Below are positions 37,436-46,555 of a DNA stretch of 64,000 nucleotides, one piece after another. Origin of the DNA: an uncultured Lachnospiraceae bacterium. Its GTDB lineage: Bacteria > Bacillota > Clostridia > UBA1381. The DNA lies in NCBI GenBank assembly GCA_964422725.1, contig CAYRCC010000002.1, positions 28,694-92,693 of the forward strand, written 5' to 3'. Position numbers and translations under genes: made by a program. Positions within the stretch are counted from its first letter, which is position 1. Each line of letters begins with the position of its first letter. The notes below the pieces were generated by a model that was given only the letters and a program-made list of their open reading frames with translations, searched no databases and was not told the DNA's origin.

Positions 37436-38410
37436 ATGGCAGAATTACGTTGGAACCCACTCATCAAGGATTGGGTAATGATTGCATCACATCGACAGAA
37501 CAGACCGCAGATGCCGAAAGACTGGTGTCCTTTCTGTCCGGGTTCGGGCAAAGTTCCCGAACATTTTACGGTACATAAATACGACAACGACTTTCCGGCA
37601 CTCAGCCAAAACCCGCCTGTGCCTGATGATGTTGCAACCGATTTGTACAAAACAAAACCGGCTTACGGAAAATGCGAAGTTATTTTGTATTCACCGGAAC
37701 ACACCGTAACCTTGCCTCAGCTGCCTGAGCCGCATATCAGAGAGCTTGTTGATTTGTGGACAGAGCGCTTTGTCGAAATAAGCAAGGACGAAAACATTAA
37801 ATATGTATTTATTTTTGAAAACAGAGGCGATGTTGTCGGCGTAACAATGCCGCATCCGCACGGTCAGATATACGGCTATTCGGTAGTGCCTAAAAAAATC
37901 GAGCTTGAAATGGAATCGTGCAAGGAGCATTACGAAAGCACAAACCACTGTTTGGTATGTGATATGCTTGACAACGAAAAGAAAGCACAGAGCAGAGTGA
38001 TTTTTGAAAATGACGACTTTATCGTATTTCTGCCGTTTTTCTGTGAATACCCTTACGGTATCTACATTGCGGCAAAGCGTCACGTGCAGAATCTCACTGA
38101 GCTTACAGAGGCTGAAAAAGACAGCCTTGCAAAAACGTTAAAGCAAGCCGCCGGCACCCTCGACAGCTTGTTTGACTACAACTTCCCATATATGATGTGT
38201 ATGTACCAAAATCCGGTAAACGGCGACGATACTTCGGCGTATTCGCATTTTCATATTGCATTTTATCCGCCTATGCGCTCTGCGGATAAAGTTAAATTCA
38301 ACGCATCAAGCGAAACGGGAGCATGGGCGCACTGTAATCCGACAGCACCTGAAGAAAAGGCTCAGGAGCTGCGTGCGGCATACGAAAAGTTTATGAACAA
38401 AAACAAATAA
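37436..38410 (+). CDS. galT: Galactose-1-phosphate uridylyltransferase (HIT-type)
   Basis: CPFCPG zinc site, MPHPHGQIY (HxHxQ active site), and NPLIKDWVMIASHR. Confidence 0.9.
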   Translation: MAELRWNPLIKDWVMIASHRQNRPQMPKDWCPFCPGSGKVPEHFTVHKYDNDFPALSQNPPVPDDVATDLYKTKPAYGKCEVILYSPEHTVTLPQLPEPHIRELVDLWTERFVEISKDENIKYVFIFENRGDVVGVTMPHPHGQIYGYSVVPKKIELEMESCKEHYESTNHCLVCDMLDNEKKAQSRVIFENDDFIVFLPFFCEYPYGIYIAAKRHVQNLTELTEAEKDSLAKTLKQAAGTLDSLFDYNFPYMMCMYQNPVNGDDTSAYSHFHIAFYPPMRSADKVKFNASSETGAWAHCNPTAPEEKAQELRAAYEKFMNKNK

Positions 38411-38437
38411 TCCGTTCAAATTATAGGAGGTGCGCGA

Positions 38438-39616
38438 ATGAATTTGCAGGAATTGAAAACCGAATTTTTAGAAAGATTTCCGGGCAGTGACGATAACATA
38501 AGATTTTTCACTTCTCCGGGACGTGTAAATCTTATAGGTGAACACACCGATTATAACGGCGGCTTTGTATTTCCGGCGGCTTTGTCAATGGGAACCGTAA
38601 TAGTTGCAAGACCCCGAGAGGACGGAAAATTCCGTATGCAGGCTACCGACCTTGACATAAAAGTCGAAGGCGATATCAAAACCATCGCCGATTACAAAAA
38701 CCTCGAATGGGGCAACTACCAATTCGGTATTGCCGACGAGCTTATGAAAGCCGGTTACAATGTTGTCGGCGCGGATATGCTGTTTTACGATACCATTCCT
38801 CACGGCGGCGGTTTATCGTCATCGGCGGCTATTGAAGTTGCAACTGCGATTGCAATGGCTATGATGGGCGGAAAAAGCGAAGTTGATAATATTGAAATGG
38901 CTAAAATCGGTCAGATTGCCGAGCATAATTATATCGGCGTAAACTGCGGTATTATGGATCAGTTTGCATCGGCTATGGGTAAAAAGAATCACGCAATATT
39001 CCTAAACTGCAAAAATCTTGATTACAAGCTTGTACCGCTTGCGCTTGACGGTATGAAAATTGTTATTTCAAACACAAACAAAAAGCGTTCACTTGCAACA
39101 TCTAAATATAACGAGAGAAGAAGTGAATGTGAAAAAGGGTTTGAGCTTTTGAAAACAGTTCTTCCGAATATCACCTGTCTTGGTGATGTTTCCCTTGCCG
39201 AATTTGAGGAAAGCAAGCACGTTATCACCGACGAAATTGTCCGCAAAAGAGTGGAACACGTTATTTCCGAGGACGACAGAGTGTTGCAGTCTGTAGAGGC
39301 ACTCAACAAGGGTGATATGATTAAATTCGGTGCTCTTATGACCGCCTCGCACGCTTCACTGCGCGACAATTACGAAGTTACCGGCGACGAGCTTGACACA
39401 CTCGTTTCAGAGGCACTCAAAATCGACGGCGTACTCGGTTCGCGTATGACCGGTGCCGGTTTTGGCGGCTGTACCGTAAGCATAGTTAAAGACGAGGCTG
39501 TCGACACATTTATCGAGAAAGTCGGAGCAAATTACACATCGAAAATCGGTTATGCGCCGTCATTCTATATTTCGGAAGTTTCCGACGGCGGAAGAGAAAT
39601 ATTTTTAAACGAATAA
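38438..39616 (+). CDS. galK: Galactokinase
   Basis: GRVNLIGEHTDYNGGFV signature. GHMP motifs PHGGGLSSSAA and MTGAGFGGC. Confidence 0.95.
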   Translation: MNLQELKTEFLERFPGSDDNIRFFTSPGRVNLIGEHTDYNGGFVFPAALSMGTVIVARPREDGKFRMQATDLDIKVEGDIKTIADYKNLEWGNYQFGIADELMKAGYNVVGADMLFYDTIPHGGGLSSSAAIEVATAIAMAMMGGKSEVDNIEMAKIGQIAEHNYIGVNCGIMDQFASAMGKKNHAIFLNCKNLDYKLVPLALDGMKIVISNTNKKRSLATSKYNERRSECEKGFELLKTVLPNITCLGDVSLAEFEESKHVITDEIVRKRVEHVISEDDRVLQSVEALNKGDMIKFGALMTASHASLRDNYEVTGDELDTLVSEALKIDGVLGSRMTGAGFGGCTVSIVKDEAVDTFIEKVGANYTSKIGYAPSFYISEVSDGGREIFLNE

Positions 39617-39626
39617 TTTTTGCGTA

Positions 39627-39656
39627 AAAGGCTGTCGGCAAACATCGACAGCCTTT
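39627..39656 (+). terminator. Weak hairpin after galK
   Basis: AAAGGCTGTCG / CGACAGCCTTT stem with an 8-nt loop. There is no extended T tract, so read-through into the Nudix gene is possible. Confidence 0.35.
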
Positions 39657-39673
39657 ATAATTACGGAGGGACA

Positions 39674-40111
39674 AAAATGGCTAATTACGAAAAATCGTGC
39701 GGCGCGGTTATTTTCAGCATAAACGGCGGCAAAACAGAGTATCTGCTGATTTTCAATAAAAAGGGTGATGCCATCGGACATTGGGGCTTTGCCAAGGGAC
39801 ATACTGAAAACGGCGAAACCGAAAAAGAAACAGCGCTCAGAGAAATCAAAGAAGAAACAGGGCTTGACGTTACTTTAACAGGCACTTTCAAGGCACATTC
39901 GAGATATTCGCCTAAGGTCGGAGTTATCAAAGATGTAATGTACTTTTTGGCAGAATATTCCGAGGGCGATATAACTATACAAGCCTCCGAAGTGGCGGAT
40001 TATGCGTGGCTTGAATTTTCCGAGGCATACAACAGAATAACAAAAAATGCCGATAAAAGCATATTGTATAAAGCTAATGAATATATACACAAAGCATTGC
40101 AAAAAAATTAA
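39674..40111 (+). CDS. Nudix hydrolase
   Basis: Nudix box GFAKGHTENGETEKETALREIKEETGL. The ATG at 39674 follows GGAGGG. The longer track ORF from 39620 is unlikely. Confidence 0.8.
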   Translation, partial: KMANYEKSCGAVIFSINGGKTEYLLIFNKKGDAIGHWGFAKGHTENGETEKETALREIKEETGLDVTLTGTFKAHSRYSPKVGVIKDVMYFLAEYSEGDITIQASEVADYAWLEFSEAYNRITKNADKSILYKANEYIHKALQKN

Positions 40112-40160
40112 GCACTTTTTACAATAATATTATTTCAGTATTTTTTTTGAGGCAAAATTA

Positions 40161-40189
40161 TTGACAAAATGCAAATGTGGGAATATAAT
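40161..40189 (+). promoter_or_regulatory. Near-consensus sigma-A promoter
   Basis: TTGACA (40161-66), exactly 17 nt, TATAAT (40184-89). Confidence 0.65.
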
Positions 40190-40211
40190 TAATGTGTATT
40201 AAATATTAACT

Positions 40212-40288
40212 TGTAAAAAGCAAAGCTGTTGTGAAACAGTGACGCAAAACTAAAGGGTCTTAATTTTGTTAAGATAGCCAGTTGCCGT
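40212..40288 (+). promoter_or_regulatory. Candidate c-di-GMP-I (GEMM-I) riboswitch aptamer
   Basis: AAGCAAAGC, then CUGUU-GUGA-AACAG (5-bp stem with a GNRA tetraloop), then U-GACGCAAAAC, UAAAGGGUCUUAA-UUUUG-UUAAGAU, and AGCCAGUUGCCG. This reproduces the GEMM-I blocks GCAAA, GACGCAAA, GGGUC and AGCCxGUUGCCG in the correct order. It was recognised from memory of the consensus and not scored with a covariance model. Confidence 0.7.
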
Positions 40289-40313
40289 AGTTCATTTGGA
40301 TTACGGCTTTTTT
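40284..40313 (+). terminator. Rho-independent terminator forming the riboswitch expression platform
   Basis: GCCGTA (40284-89) and TACGGC (40302-07), followed by TTTTTT. The left arm overlaps the last 4-5 nt of the aptamer. Confidence 0.7.
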
Positions 40314-40363
40314 GTTACCACAATTTGTGTTTAATGTGAAATTTGCAAAGAGAGGGAGATTGA

Positions 40364-42535
40364 ATGAAAAGAAAAATTTCATCGGTTATTGCATTGTGTA
40401 TTACCGCCGGTATGTTTTCAAACCTTGCTTTTGCGGCAAACGTAAACATACCTGACGAGCCGGCAGTTATACTGAGCGGTAATATGAAGGCGCACAGTAC
40501 AGGTTCGGTAATCGGCAGTGTATATTCGGCTGACGGTAATATTGAGTTCGGCGGCGGAATTAAAATTGTCGACGGTGATTTGGTGTATAACAAAAACAAC
40601 TCTTTTAACACTGTAAAATGGGACGAAGGCGAAATTAAAGGCGCAGTAAAAGCTGTTGACGAAACATCTTTTGGGTATAGTGTTTCCGATGCTGATGTTG
40701 AAACGGGCAATGCCAGCGTTTTTGACGGCAGAGATTACGATGTGAAACAATATATGACAGTTGCATCATGGGTAAACGGTGGTTTAACTATAAACAGCGA
40801 TACATATTTCGAGGGCAGTCTTACATTGTTTGAACCGCTGACTGTCGATACTTCAAAGGGTGATGTATATGTTAAAATCGACTCGCTGAATATGCAAAAC
40901 TCAAGCGGCGCACAGAATAACGGTATAATTAACGTTGTCGGCGACGGCAAGCTGTATCTTCTGGTTAATTCGGCTTGGGGCGGTGATACGGTAATGTTTG
41001 TCAATGCCGGAATTGCTTATAACGGTTCTGAAAGAACGGTGACTGCCGGCGACAGCAGTAAAGTCGATTTGTACATAAACGCAAACGGCAAAACAGCCGG
41101 TATCGGCTCACAGTCGGTTGTATGCGCTGACGTATATATGGTGAATGAAAAAGCCGACAGCGAGTGGAGTCCTGTAAGAATACAGGGTGAAATTTACGGT
41201 GACGTTTATGTCAGTGCGGATTATGTAAGCATTACCGCAGACGGTTCTACATCGGTAAAGGGTGATGTGTATTCCCTGAATACAAAAAAACTCAGCATAA
41301 GCAATGATATTACAGGCAACGTTGTAACCGATGCCGAAACGGTTGTTATCACCGGCGGTGATGCAAAGGTTTTGGGCGTTGTGTTTGCCCCGGCTTCAGA
41401 TGTCACTATGACAGCAACAAGAAATCACAGTGATGACGATGCTGACATTATCGGTCAGCTTGTTGCCGATACTCTCGAAATGACAGGCAGTGCAAAAATA
41501 ATGTACAACGAAAAGGCTGTTGAGGATTTCGGAGTTACCTCAGACAATATTGCGAAGCCTACACAAACACCACAGGCAACAGCTGAACCTACAGCTGAGC
41601 CTACTCAGACTCCACAGGCAACAGCTGAACCTACAGCTGAGCCTACTCAGACTCCGCAGACAACAGCTGAGCCTACTGCCGAGCCTACTCAGACTCCACA
41701 GGCAACAGCCGAACCTACAGCCGAGCCTACCAATGCTCCCGAGAGTGACGGTAAAGACGAAAATAAGAGCTTTGACTTAATACCTGACAACGATATACCG
41801 CAAGGTCCGCAGAAAAGACTTAAATCGGATTCTGCATATCTGTACGGTTACAACGACCAATGGGTGGGTGCGGATATGTCTATAACGCGTGAGGAAGTTT
41901 GTGCACTTATAAACAGACTGTTGGTACAAAACAATGCGCGTGAAGATTTTGAAAAGCCGGACGACCAGTCATTCGCAGATGTTTCCGCTGACCACTGGAG
42001 TTATTCGGCACTTGAATATATGAGATATATTGAGGTATATAACACAGATGACGGTACGGGCGAGCTTCGCAATATTTCTCCGGATACTCCCGTTACCAGA
42101 GGCGAAGTTGCTAAAATCGTCGCATTTTCACTAAGACTTCCGTATATTGACGGTGACCTTGATTTTGATGACGTATCGAGAGAACACAAATTCTACAAAT
42201 ATATGAAAGCAATGGTCGATGCCGGATTATGGCAGGGTGACAACGGTATGCTCAGACCTGACAAGGAAATGACACGTGCCGAATTTGTAACGATGTTTAA
42301 CAGAATCATCGGAAGAACCGAAGAAAACGGTTATGTTGTAACGGCAGAGGATTGTCCGTTTATATACAACAAGGATGATGATGATTTGTTCCTGCCGCTC
42401 GGTACGGTTGATGAAGACGGCAACGAAATCGGACACTGGGCATATTATGAAATAACCAGAGCTGCATGTTCGTTTACGAAGAAAAAGGTGGATCCGGACA
42501 AAAAGTCCGACAGAGGTTGGCTTGACCAACAGTAA
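40364..42535 (+). CDS. Secreted cell-wall-anchored protein: beta-helix-like repeat N-domain, Pro/Thr/Glu linker and C-terminal SLH domains
   Basis: Signal peptide MKRKISSVIALCITAGMFSNLAFA. Repeated GDVY-containing strands. PTQTPQATAEPTAE x4. SLH motifs FADVSADHWSYSALEYM, TRGEVAKIVAF, FDDVSREHKFYKYMKAMVDAGL and TRAEFVTMFNR. Confidence 0.8.
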   Translation: MKRKISSVIALCITAGMFSNLAFAANVNIPDEPAVILSGNMKAHSTGSVIGSVYSADGNIEFGGGIKIVDGDLVYNKNNSFNTVKWDEGEIKGAVKAVDETSFGYSVSDADVETGNASVFDGRDYDVKQYMTVASWVNGGLTINSDTYFEGSLTLFEPLTVDTSKGDVYVKIDSLNMQNSSGAQNNGIINVVGDGKLYLLVNSAWGGDTVMFVNAGIAYNGSERTVTAGDSSKVDLYINANGKTAGIGSQSVVCADVYMVNEKADSEWSPVRIQGEIYGDVYVSADYVSITADGSTSVKGDVYSLNTKKLSISNDITGNVVTDAETVVITGGDAKVLGVVFAPASDVTMTATRNHSDDDADIIGQLVADTLEMTGSAKIMYNEKAVEDFGVTSDNIAKPTQTPQATAEPTAEPTQTPQATAEPTAEPTQTPQTTAEPTAEPTQTPQATAEPTAEPTNAPESDGKDENKSFDLIPDNDIPQGPQKRLKSDSAYLYGYNDQWVGADMSITREEVCALINRLLVQNNAREDFEKPDDQSFADVSADHWSYSALEYMRYIEVYNTDDGTGELRNISPDTPVTRGEVAKIVAFSLRLPYIDGDLDFDDVSREHKFYKYMKAMVDAGLWQGDNGMLRPDKEMTRAEFVTMFNRIIGRTEENGYVVTAEDCPFIYNKDDDDLFLPLGTVDEDGNEIGHWAYYEITRAACSFTKKKVDPDKKSDRGWLDQQ
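41558..41725 (+). repeat. Four tandem 42-bp repeats inside the SLH-protein gene
   Basis: Units at 41558-41599, 41600-41641, 41642-41683 and 41684-41725 are near-identical (CCTACTCAGACTCCACAGGCAACAGCTGAACCTACAGCTGAG). Each encodes PTQTPQATAEPTAE. Confidence 0.95.
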
Positions 42536-42604
42536 AATTGTTATAACGTAATGTTATATATAGTGGTGGGTATATATGCGGTGGCGTATATATGATAGCG
42601 ATTT

Positions 42605-42632
42605 AATGAGAGGAGTTACTCCTCTCATTTTC
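42605..42632 (+). terminator. Rho-independent terminator after the SLH-protein gene
   Basis: TGAGAGGAG / CTCCTCTCA stem with a 3-nt loop, followed by TTTTC. Confidence 0.6.
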
Positions 42633-42665
42633 ATATCTAAAAATAAATTTTTGCGGGGATTTTAA

Positions 42666-43658
42666 ATGAAAGAACTTATAAGTGTCGCTGTACCGATATA
42701 TAACAGTGTCGGCACGCTCGAAAGGTGCATTAAAAGTATAGCGGCTCAAAGCTATGACAACATAGAAATAATTCTGATAAACGACGGTTCAACGGACAAT
42801 ATCGAACAAATTATACCAAAACTCAAGCACAGATACAGCCGCATAAACTATATATCCCAACGGCACAACGGTGTTTCGTCGGCACGAAACGCCGCAATTT
42901 CACACGCAAACGGCAAATATATAGTTTTCACCGACTCCGACGACACTTTAGAACGTGATTTTCTGCAAAAACTGTATATACACGCCTCAAACGGCGTACT
43001 TCCGATGTGCGGAATACGGCGTACAGAGGAAAATAATGCGGTTTCGGAAAGTGTATACACAAAAGATGTCAGTGTGTCCAAGCTACGCAAAAACTCCGTT
43101 GTCGGTTTGTATGAAAAAGGACTTTTTTCCAGTGCGGCAAATAAGCTGTACAGCTGTGAAATTATTAAAAAGCACGCTGTGTCTTTTCCGACCGACATTT
43201 CAAACGGCGAGGATTTGCTGTTCAATCTGCAATATATAAAGTACATAAGCGGTTTTGCCGCAGTGAACGAGCCGCTTTACAACTACACATTAAATTCAAA
43301 CGGCACTCTCCATACAATATGCGATAAGATTCGTTTTGATTTTATAAATCGTATGTACAATGAATTTAAATCGGCTTTAAACTGCTGCGGCTGTACCGCA
43401 AACGACACTTTAACCCTAAAGCGGCTTATACTTGACGAATTTTTATATGCTATAAGACTTTACTGTATGTACTCCTCCGACAGCTTTAATGTCAAGGTAA
43501 GGCAGATAAACCGCGTATTTGCAAGCCGCGAATACAACGAAGTTAAAGTATGCTTGGCAGAATGTCTTAACGGACGGTTGTACCGCTTGTTTAATACGGA
43601 AAATTCGTTGTTTACGGTGATTTACTATTATTTACTGAAAATAAGAAACAGAGGATAG
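42666..43658 (+). CDS. GT2-family glycosyltransferase
   Basis: ISVAVPIYNSVGTLERCIKSIAAQSYDNIEIILINDGSTD and FTDSDD (DxD). Confidence 0.85.
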   Translation: MKELISVAVPIYNSVGTLERCIKSIAAQSYDNIEIILINDGSTDNIEQIIPKLKHRYSRINYISQRHNGVSSARNAAISHANGKYIVFTDSDDTLERDFLQKLYIHASNGVLPMCGIRRTEENNAVSESVYTKDVSVSKLRKNSVVGLYEKGLFSSAANKLYSCEIIKKHAVSFPTDISNGEDLLFNLQYIKYISGFAAVNEPLYNYTLNSNGTLHTICDKIRFDFINRMYNEFKSALNCCGCTANDTLTLKRLILDEFLYAIRLYCMYSSDSFNVKVRQINRVFASREYNEVKVCLAECLNGRLYRLFNTENSLFTVIYYYLLKIRNRG

Positions 43659-43660
43659 TT

Positions 43661-44443
43661 ATGAATATTGAAGTTTTGGTTTCGGCGATGTACCGCACCG
43701 ACGCCGATATATACAAACAAATGAATTTGTACACCAATGCGGTTATTGTTAATCAGCACGACAAAAACGAAGTCTGCAATATGAGTATAAACGGCAAAAA
43801 TGTTTTGTTTATAACCTGCACCGATCGCGGTGTCGGCAAAAGCCGCAACCGCGCCGTTATGAGTGCAACCGCGGATATATGCGTTTTTGCCGACGAGGAT
43901 ATGACATTTTACGATAATTACGCGCAGATAATTTCGGACGAGTTTGCAAAAAACAGTCGCGCCGAAGCAATTTTATTCAATATTGACGTAAAAAATGCCG
44001 ACCGTCCCGTCGAAAAAATTTCAAAAAGCAAAAAAATGACTCTCCGCGATGCTATGCGTTACGGTATTCCGGCACTTGCGGTTAAACGCGAAGTTTTATA
44101 CAAGAAAAACATTTCGTTCTCGCTTTTGTTCGGCGGCGGTGCAACATACGGCAGTGGCGAGGACACAATATTTTTCCGCGATATGCTGAAAAACAAAATG
44201 AACGTGTACATCTCCGGCAAGAAAATCGCTGTAACCGATGCCGCCGATTCAAGTTGGTTTAAAGGCTTTGACGATAAATTTTTTTCAGACAAAGGTGCGT
44301 TATACGCCGCAATGTTCGGTAAAAAAGCATATATCACTTCAATAATTACCGCTTACAGATGGCACAGAAAACTCGGAAATAACCATAAATTTCGGCACAT
44401 TTTCAAAAATATGACAAACGGTATACGAGAATTTCTGTCATAA
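43661..44443 (+). CDS. GT-A fold glycosyltransferase-like protein
   Basis: RGVGKSRNRAV...FADEDM (DxD-like) and GSGEDTIF. 2-nt gap to the upstream GT2 gene. Confidence 0.6.
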   Translation: MNIEVLVSAMYRTDADIYKQMNLYTNAVIVNQHDKNEVCNMSINGKNVLFITCTDRGVGKSRNRAVMSATADICVFADEDMTFYDNYAQIISDEFAKNSRAEAILFNIDVKNADRPVEKISKSKKMTLRDAMRYGIPALAVKREVLYKKNISFSLLFGGGATYGSGEDTIFFRDMLKNKMNVYISGKKIAVTDAADSSWFKGFDDKFFSDKGALYAAMFGKKAYITSIITAYRWHRKLGNNHKFRHIFKNMTNGIREFLS

Positions 44444-44491
44444 ATCATTTCGGTGCCTCATATAACAGTCAAAAAGGACTGAATTTGTATA

Positions 44492-45292
44492 ATGGAGTGT
44501 TTGATTATAACGGTCAGTAACGAACCAAAACGGCGTTTCGGCAAACGCCGCATAAGGTGTCAGCGTTTAACCTACAACAACCACAGCGGCGGTGCAAATG
44601 TGCTTATTCTGCCGTACACCTATACAGAGCTTTGCAAAATGAGTGAGCGGCGGCTTTTTTCAAAGCTAAAAAAGCTGTCCGGCGAGATTTCGGGAAAATC
44701 AGTGTGCTGTTATGCCGACAAACGCATTGAGGATATCGCATATATGCTCGGTGCGCGCCGCTGCGACGGTTATCGGGTGATTATTGATTTGATAGATATT
44801 TTGGTGAGAAAGGCGGCAAAAAATATAGGTGCGGACTTAACTCAAATAGGCGTATACGACTATGCTTTCGGTGATTCCACAGCCGAAGTTATATCGAATT
44901 TATCAACGTGCTGCAACAACGTATCATTATACACTCACAACGTTGATAAAGCGCTTAAAAGTGTACACCGAATTTATGATGACACCGGTATGCCGATAAT
45001 TGTTACCGACAATTATGCAGATTGGGCAAAACACCGCAAAATAGCCGTATTTATGAGTGATTTTGCGCAGAACTGCGAAAAACCGCAAATGCTGGCATTA
45101 GACGTATTCGGCGTTATTTCGGACAGCCGCGTAAAAAAAATAACCCAAATCAAATTTGACCTATGCAATGATTTTGACGACATTTTCGCACTCACTGACC
45201 AATCACCGACACAAAATACGGTGCAGTTTATTCTGGACACCGGTGCCGAGCTTAAACTCGGATATGATATAAAAATCGTCGGATACGAATAA
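44492..45292 (+). CDS. Hypothetical protein; start uncertain
   Basis: Long ORF with no recognisable motif. The annotated ATG lies inside a TGTATAAT promoter-like element, so the true start may be an internal ATG or GTG. Confidence 0.4.
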   Translation: MECLIITVSNEPKRRFGKRRIRCQRLTYNNHSGGANVLILPYTYTELCKMSERRLFSKLKKLSGEISGKSVCCYADKRIEDIAYMLGARRCDGYRVIIDLIDILVRKAAKNIGADLTQIGVYDYAFGDSTAEVISNLSTCCNNVSLYTHNVDKALKSVHRIYDDTGMPIIVTDNYADWAKHRKIAVFMSDFAQNCEKPQMLALDVFGVISDSRVKKITQIKFDLCNDFDDIFALTDQSPTQNTVQFILDTGAELKLGYDIKIVGYE

Positions 45293-45394
45293 TGTAAAAA
45301 TAACGCTTTATCGTTCTTGCCGTTAAAGTGCGGATAAATAAATTATAAATTTCGCATTAAAATGCTTATTGCAAAGTTTCGGCGGCACCGCTAT

Positions 45395-46543
45395 TCATAC
45401 TTCAAGGAAGTAAGTATCGGGTCTGCTTTCGTCAAAACACTCATTGCACCACATTACAGTAATCATATCCGTACTGCCGATATTTTCTATGCTGTGCGTA
45501 TACCCCGGCGGAATGTCCACAATCTGCATTTTTTCACCGCTCACAAAATACTCTGTTATTTCACCGCTTCCGAGTCGGCGCAGACGTATCACTCCTGTTC
45601 CGCTCACTACGGCAAACTTCTCGTTTTTCGTATGATGCCAATGATTACCTTTTGTTATACCGGGTTTTGAAATATTTACACTGACTTGTCCGTTTTCGGT
45701 GCTTTTAAACAATTCCGTAAACGAACCGCGCTCATCGCAGTGCATATGCGCATACGTTCCGAATCCGTTCTCCGGCAGACTGCTCAAATATGTGCTGTAC
45801 AGCTTTTTGGAAAAGCTCCCCTCTGACATATCCGGAACAAAACCTCTTTCGCGGCTCGTTTTAAAATCATACAGCGTTTTTGTAAGCACACCGAGTGTTG
45901 TTTTATATATCGGTGTCACACCGCAGAAAACACCGTCGTATTCGATTTCGTTCCCCTTTAACGCATTTATAAATGCATTTACAACATCGTCTATATAAAC
46001 AAGCGATATTTCACGCTCTGTGTCACTTATCTCAATCGGCAAACCCCTCGCTATGTTATGGCAAAATGTCGCCACCGCACTGTTATAATTCGGTTTTGCC
46101 CATTTTCCGAACACGTTGCACAGTCTGTACACAAACGTTTTTACGCCGTTTTCCCTGCCGTATTCAAAAACTGCCTTTTCTGCCGCTCTTTTGCTTTTAC
46201 CGTAAGGATTATCAAGCTCCGCCTGCACTGACGACGTTATCAGTACAGGCGATTTGTTTTTGTTTCTTTTTAAGGTGTCCAAAAGCTGAAAGGTAAATCC
46301 GAAATTTCCGTCCATAAACTCACTTTCGTTTTCCGGACGGTTCACTCCGGCAAGATGGAATACAAAATCACATTCCCTACAGTATTCATCAAGCCGTTCG
46401 GGCGGGGTATCCCTGTTAAATTCAAATATATTTATACCGCCAAGCTCACCGTATGTCTTATCCTTGCCGCCGCGTATGTTTTTCAGCGTTTCCGCAAGAT
46501 TTTTCCCGATAAAACCATTTGCTCCGGTTATCAGAATATTCAT
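45395..46543 (-). CDS. CapF-like bifunctional enzyme (N-terminal SDR, C-terminal cupin)
   Basis: MNILITGANGFIGKNL...HLAGVNRP...NPYGKSK...NVFGKWAKPNYNSAVATFCHNIA, then a cupin with GNHWHHTKNEKF. Confidence 0.7.
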   Translation of the reverse strand: MNILITGANGFIGKNLAETLKNIRGGKDKTYGELGGINIFEFNRDTPPERLDEYCRECDFVFHLAGVNRPENESEFMDGNFGFTFQLLDTLKRNKNKSPVLITSSVQAELDNPYGKSKRAAEKAVFEYGRENGVKTFVYRLCNVFGKWAKPNYNSAVATFCHNIARGLPIEISDTEREISLVYIDDVVNAFINALKGNEIEYDGVFCGVTPIYKTTLGVLTKTLYDFKTSRERGFVPDMSEGSFSKKLYSTYLSSLPENGFGTYAHMHCDERGSFTELFKSTENGQVSVNISKPGITKGNHWHHTKNEKFAVVSGTGVIRLRRLGSGEITEYFVSGEKMQIVDIPPGYTHSIENIGSTDMITVMWCNECFDESRPDTYFLEV

Positions 46544-46555
46544 AGACCTGCCACC

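Noticed and set aside
41520-41780. 86-aa alternative-frame ORF (LRLHRQQLNLQLSLL...) in the SLH gene
   Set aside because: It is an artefact of the 42-bp tandem repeats staying open in a second frame. The main frame is supported by the signal peptide and SLH domains.
42560-42600. Direct repeat GTGGGTATATATG / GTGGCGTATATATG after the SLH gene, checked as a possible CRISPR or tandem array
   Set aside because: There are only two imperfect 13-14-nt copies with no spacers and no cas genes in the window. It is too short to be meaningful.
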